Shown here one piece after another: positions 47,802 to 51,651 of a DNA stretch of 51,651 nt. The notes beneath the pieces are model-generated. The model worked only from the letters and a program-made list of their open reading frames with translations. It was not told where the DNA came from and ran no database searches. The translations under genes were made by a program, and so were the position numbers. Where the stretch lies: positions 20,208 to 71,858 of the forward strand of contig JAURAC010000005.1 in assembly GCA_030586555.1 (NCBI GenBank), given 5' to 3'. Origin of the DNA: Candidatus Subterrananammoxibius californiae. GTDB lineage: Bacteria > Planctomycetota > Brocadiia > Brocadiales > Subterrananammoxibiaceae. Positions within the stretch are counted from its first letter, which is position 1; each line of letters opens with the position of its first letter.

Positions 47802-47893
47802 CAAATTTGCGATGTTTTACTTTGAGTGCTTTACGTGAAATATTTTTTTCTTGCAAAGGGTGCTAAGGTATCCTCCGCTGAAGCTACGGATTA

Positions 47894-49009
47894 CTAAAGG
47901 AAATGCTTCAGTTCCTGAATTTCATCAATCCCGTGGTATTTGATTTCCTCAATACCCTTTGAACCAATTCCTATCTCTATTGCCCTTTTAATTTGTGGTA
48001 TTTCCCAAACACTTGTATTCTGGATTTTTTTTGTAGTGCCTGTATATTTAAGAACGGCAAGGCCGAGGGCATCGCATGCAACCATGTTTTTGCCTGCTAT
48101 TATGACACCCGGCGATTTTAATTCGCCTTTATTTGGTCCACCAGTACAAAAAGCCTTCCTTCCATCAAGCACTATAAGTGAAGGCTTAATGGTAAGTCCA
48201 AGCTCTGCAATCCGTTCCTGTAACCTCAAAGAGGTATGCATCCAGTTCCTGTCCCACTGCGCAATAAAGCCCATGTTGTTCTTTAAAGACATAGTGAAAT
48301 CGGCGGAATTATGCGTTCGAACAGTAGGGAGGGATATGATATGGTCAATCCCCTGATTAAAACCTTCAGGGGCAGGCTTGCTGAGCATTTTAGGAAGGGA
48401 GTAGCCAAACATCCAGCCCGGCGAAAGGGATGGATGAACCTTTACGTATTCTACTTTCTCAAGGAATATAACCTCTGCCTTTGATTCCACGGCAGCCTTG
48501 TATGTGCCTGTTGCCTTCATGCACCTTTCCGTATCCCTCCAGACGCCTGAGCGCTCGGCAACGATAATAGTGCCTGCGTCTCTTTCCCTTACCATAGTAA
48601 TAATTGTGCTCAGCATGAGCGGGTCTGTTGCCGCTGGAAAGGGGACCTCTGAATTGACCGCGGGTTTAATTAGCACCGTGTTACCGGGCTTGATGAATGA
48701 TAAGCCATCTATCATCTCAACAGCCATCTCGATTGCCTTTACAGGCTCATCAAACCTTACAATAGAGACGGTGCCATTTTGAATCTCATGGGTGGCATGG
48801 ACAAACTGACATCGAGTGTCATTCTGACCCTGAATTAATTTCAGGGGAAGAATCTCGTTTTCGTTTGTCTGTGTTGTAGCGCAACCAAATAATCCCACTG
48901 TGGGGGACTGGTAGCCGCAACCTTTAGGTTGCGTATCGTATATCATACGCAGGCTAAAGCCTGCGGCTACAAGTTGACCGAGGAAATCCCTTCTGGTAAG
49001 TCTCACCAC
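47894..49009 (-). CDS. DUF362 family protein with a Tat (lipo)protein signal
   Basis: TRRDFL, LFGC, VLIKP, H....T..LKN.MG, GP..G, D.LG. Confidence 0.8.
   Translation of the reverse strand: MVRLTRRDFLGQLVAAGFSLRMIYDTQPKGCGYQSPTVGLFGCATTQTNENEILPLKLIQGQNDTRCQFVHATHEIQNGTVSIVRFDEPVKAIEMAVEMIDGLSFIKPGNTVLIKPAVNSEVPFPAATDPLMLSTIITMVRERDAGTIIVAERSGVWRDTERCMKATGTYKAAVESKAEVIFLEKVEYVKVHPSLSPGWMFGYSLPKMLSKPAPEGFNQGIDHIISLPTVRTHNSADFTMSLKNNMGFIAQWDRNWMHTSLRLQERIAELGLTIKPSLIVLDGRKAFCTGGPNKGELKSPGVIIAGKNMVACDALGLAVLKYTGTTKKIQNTSVWEIPQIKRAIEIGIGSKGIEEIKYHGIDEIQELKHFL
48911..48970. repeat. 60-bp GTAG REPIN, in frame within the DUF362 signal peptide
   Basis: GTAGCCGCAACCTTTAGGTTGCGT...ACGCAGGCTAAAGCCTGCGGCTAC. 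Confidence 0.85.
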
Positions 49010-49010
49010 T

Positions 49011-50195
49011 TTAACCTCCAGTAATTAATTCGCCAAGAAAACTTTCACCACAAGTCAGTTGAGGTAGCGATAACGCCTCAGCAACGGTTGCCCCTAAATC
49101 GGCAAATGTTTTACGAATGCCAAGCGATTTTGGCATGCCAAGACTGCACCCGTAAACAAGGAGTGGTACATATTCACGTGAATGGTCTGTGCTTGGAGTT
49201 GTCGGGTCGCAGCCATGGTCTGCTGTTATTGCAAGGATGTCTTCAGAACCCATAGCATCCATGATTTCTGGAAGACGGTTATCAAATTCCTTTAGTGCCT
49301 GAGCGTAACCCTTCACGTCATTACGATGCCCGTACTTCATGTCAAAATCAATTAAGTTGGTGAAGATTATCCCCTTTGTTTTTCTCTTTATACAGTTTAT
49401 CGTTTGAGAAACACCTTCGTCATTACCTGCGGTGTGAATTTCCAGGCTTAATCCCCTGTGTGCAAAGATATCGCCGATTTTGCCAATGCCAATTACCTCG
49501 TACCCCTTTTCCAGGGCACTGTCAAGTATTGTAGAGGATGGAGGTAAGACGGAAAAATCCTTGCGCCTTTCTGTACGAATATATTTGCCTTCTTGAATGA
49601 TAAAGGGACGGGCAATTACACGCCCTACGTTATGTCCGCCTGAGGCGGATAGAATCCTTCGCGCAATCTCGCACATCCTGTAAAGTTCAGGAACAGGGAT
49701 TACATCCTCGCATGCGGCAACCTGAAATACGCTATCGGCAGATGTATAAATAATTGGGCAACAAGTCCTGATATGCTCCTCACCTAATTCCTTGATGATT
49801 TCCGTGCCTGATGCAGGTTTATTGCCGAGGATTTTTCTGCCAATCTCCTTAGTAAATGCGTTAATAATCTCGTCTGGAAATCCTTCTGGGTACGTTGGGA
49901 ATGGCTTATCAGTAATTATGCCGGCAATCTCCCAGTGTCCACTCGTGGTATCCTTCCCAGCAGATACCTCAGCCATTTTTCCATAGAATCCTTTTGGAGC
50001 GATGTCTGGAGAAATTCCCACGATTGGTTCTATTTTACCGATACCTAACATTTCAAGGTTTGGCAGGTCCAGTCCACCTAACGCCTTTGCCATGTTGCCA
50101 AGGGTATTACTGCCTTCATCTCCATAGTCTTTAGCATCTGGCAACTCGCCGATACCAACGCTATCAAGCACAATTAATATTATCTTCTCAACCAT
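49011..50195 (-). CDS. deoB: Phosphopentomutase
   Basis: [51 protein letters not shown]. Confidence 0.96.
   Translation of the reverse strand: MVEKIILIVLDSVGIGELPDAKDYGDEGSNTLGNMAKALGGLDLPNLEMLGIGKIEPIVGISPDIAPKGFYGKMAEVSAGKDTTSGHWEIAGIITDKPFPTYPEGFPDEIINAFTKEIGRKILGNKPASGTEIIKELGEEHIRTCCPIIYTSADSVFQVAACEDVIPVPELYRMCEIARRILSASGGHNVGRVIARPFIIQEGKYIRTERRKDFSVLPPSSTILDSALEKGYEVIGIGKIGDIFAHRGLSLEIHTAGNDEGVSQTINCIKRKTKGIIFTNLIDFDMKYGHRNDVKGYAQALKEFDNRLPEIMDAMGSEDILAITADHGCDPTTPSTDHSREYVPLLVYGCSLGMPKSLGIRKTFADLGATVAEALSLPQLTCGESFLGELITGG
49635..49649. repeat. 15-bp palindrome copy (in deoB, SASGG)
   Basis: TCCGCCTGAGGCGGA, perfect. Confidence 0.9.
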
Positions 50196-50236
50196 ACCTT
50201 AAGTTTAACACGAGAAACCATAAACAACAAGGGCTT

Positions 50237-50265
50237 GTAAGGGCAGGTTTCAAACATGCCCCTAC
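50237..50265. repeat. GTAG-type REP palindrome
   Basis: GTAAGGGCAGGTTTCAAACATGCCCCTAC. Confidence 0.75.
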
Positions 50266-50267
50266 TC

Positions 50268-51428
50268 CTATAATATTCTAAGGAAGGCGTAATACGCAAT
50301 TGCTGACAGGATGCCCGATACAGGCAACGTAACAAACCATGCCAGGACCATGCTAAAGACGGTGTTCCAACATATACCCCTTCTGCCATGTTTCAAACCA
50401 ATGCCTATGATGGCGCTGCTCGATATGTGCGTGGTAGATACAGGCAAGCCAAATCTTGCGGCTGCGCCTACAAGGAGTGATGTTATTAAATTAGCGCTGA
50501 GACCTTCGATGTGATTCATCTTAGTTACCTTCTCCGCCAGTGTCTGCGTTACCCTTAAGCCTCCAAGGTAACTGCCGAGACCCATCGTTACCGCAATCAT
50601 CGCAAAGGTAAAAACTTGATTGTAACTGCTTAAACTTATGGTTAGTCCTATTGCCACAATCTTAGGCGCATCGTTTAAGCCTCTTGCAAAACAGACAAGG
50701 CCGCTCGACAGCCAATGAATTATATCAGGGATATTTAGCTTTAGCGGGGCAAATAACGTATCTTCGCACACCTCGTTTGTAGAAAGCACTAATCCGCCTG
50801 AGGCGGACTCCATTGTATTTAAGAGAGCCACCTCTGTACCTGCGGGATTACAGGAACATGCCTCTTTCTTCAGTTCAAAACACACACACCAGTTGTATAA
50901 TTTTTCCATAGAAAGCCTTAACGGTGGATAAATTAAAAAGGCAAGAAAAAGACCGCAAAATGGGCTAACAAAGAGCGGGATGAACATCTTTGATATAACC
51001 GCGTCCCACGATACACCTTTATAGCCCAGTGAAAAGACGCCAACGCCACAAATTGCCCCTATGATTGCATGCGTCGTGGAAACAGGCAGTCCTGTTAAGG
51101 ATGCAAATAATACCCATACCAGAGCTCCGAAAGCAACGGATATAGGGAGAAGACCATTAAAACCAAGATGTAGAGACGCAAAATTTTGCGTCTCTACTGG
51201 ATTACGAAGGAGTCCCACTGCAAATGTGTTTACCATCTCAACAGAAAATACCCCCGCCGCAAGCGAACCACCTATTGTCCATAGCGTTCCCCATACTAAC
51301 GCCTTGCGATATGTTGCTAGGCCGCATCCTGTAAGTGTAGCAATTCCCTTGGAGACATCGTTACTCCCGTTTGCAAATGATAAGGCAAGCACCAGTAGTA
51401 TCAAGATAATTTCAGGCATTGTTGGCAT
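50268..51428 (-). CDS. Inorganic phosphate transporter (PiT family)
   Basis: NGSND, two PVSTTH motifs, GLNDAPK. Confidence 0.9.
   Translation of the reverse strand: MPTMPEIILILLVLALSFANGSNDVSKGIATLTGCGLATYRKALVWGTLWTIGGSLAAGVFSVEMVNTFAVGLLRNPVETQNFASLHLGFNGLLPISVAFGALVWVLFASLTGLPVSTTHAIIGAICGVGVFSLGYKGVSWDAVISKMFIPLFVSPFCGLFLAFLIYPPLRLSMEKLYNWCVCFELKKEACSCNPAGTEVALLNTMESASGGLVLSTNEVCEDTLFAPLKLNIPDIIHWLSSGLVCFARGLNDAPKIVAIGLTISLSSYNQVFTFAMIAVTMGLGSYLGGLRVTQTLAEKVTKMNHIEGLSANLITSLLVGAAARFGLPVSTTHISSSAIIGIGLKHGRRGICWNTVFSMVLAWFVTLPVSGILSAIAYYAFLRIL
50793..50807. repeat. 15-bp palindrome copy (in pit, SASGG)
   Basis: TCCGCCTGAGGCGGA, perfect. Confidence 0.9.
51170..51197. repeat. 28-bp REP palindrome inside the pit CDS
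   Basis: Identical to 31040-31067; translated as VETQNFASL. Confidence 0.9.
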
Positions 51429-51440
51429 GACTCACAGAGG

Positions 51441-51520
51441 GGTAGATAACGGACTTTACGTCCGTTGAATCAATCGGTAGAATCAATCCGCCTAAGGCGG
51501 ATAAAACCTTGTTGTCTACC
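51441..51520. repeat. GGTAGA(C/T)AACGGAC-type REPIN with a nested 15-bp palindrome
   Basis: GGTAGATAACGGACTTTACGTCCGTT...GTTGTCTACC. Confidence 0.8.
51487..51501. repeat. 15-bp palindrome copy nested in a REPIN
   Basis: TCCGCCTAAGGCGGA, perfect. Confidence 0.9.
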
Positions 51521-51651
51521 TTATAATTATTCCCGCATATCCGACGACCTGGTTATAATCACCTGTGGTATCGCCGCTGGTTTTATAAAGGACTAACTTC
51601 CCAGTCTTTGCTCCCCGCTCTTTTGAGCAAACAAGCATAGAAATGGCAGGG
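51516..51651 (-). CDS. amrB: AmmeMemoRadiSam system protein B (MEMO1 family), C-terminal part
   Basis: Manual translation ...YKTSGDTTGDYNQVVGYAGIIIR*, carrying the TSGD...VVGYA signature. Confidence 0.8.
   Translation of the reverse strand, partial: PAISMLVCSKERGAKTGKLVLYKTSGDTTGDYNQVVGYAGIIIR

Noticed and set aside
179..51501. CRISPR array interpretation of the repeated palindromes
   Set aside because: Copies are dispersed kilobases apart, with no regular spacers and no cas genes.

Overview
About 52 kb of a ~40% GC bacterial chromosome. The polA-coaE-rho order and a divergent dnaA without dnaN suggest Planctomycetota, possibly Ca. Brocadiia; this is an inference. Bases 1-16.8 kb are a minus-strand exosortase/PEP-CTERM-type exopolysaccharide locus behind a sigma54-like promoter. 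Bases 17-43 kb are mostly housekeeping genes: pssA, rarA, 6S RNA, tRNA-Glu, dnaA, rsmA, pdxA, ribE, purN, rph, argF/D/B, an MCE/Mla transporter, polA, coaE, rho and pdp. Bases 43.4-47.8 kb are a small accessory island (toxin-antitoxin modules, msrAB, an AlbA_2/Schlafen-like gene), followed by DUF362, deoB, pit and a partial amrB. The most striking signal is a dense set of tiny palindromic elements. A 15-bp hairpin TCCGCC-TNA-GGCGGA occurs about 17 times. Twelve copies sit in frame inside protein genes (peptides SASGG / PPxAD / RLRR, never the stop-containing frame), one sits at the apex of the 6S RNA and two are nested in other REP elements. Several GTAG-type REP/REPIN elements and inverted 7-9-mer arrays also lie in reading frames, where they contribute signal-peptide segments, N-terminal extensions and stop codons. 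No mobiliser gene (RAYT/TnpA) is present in the window.
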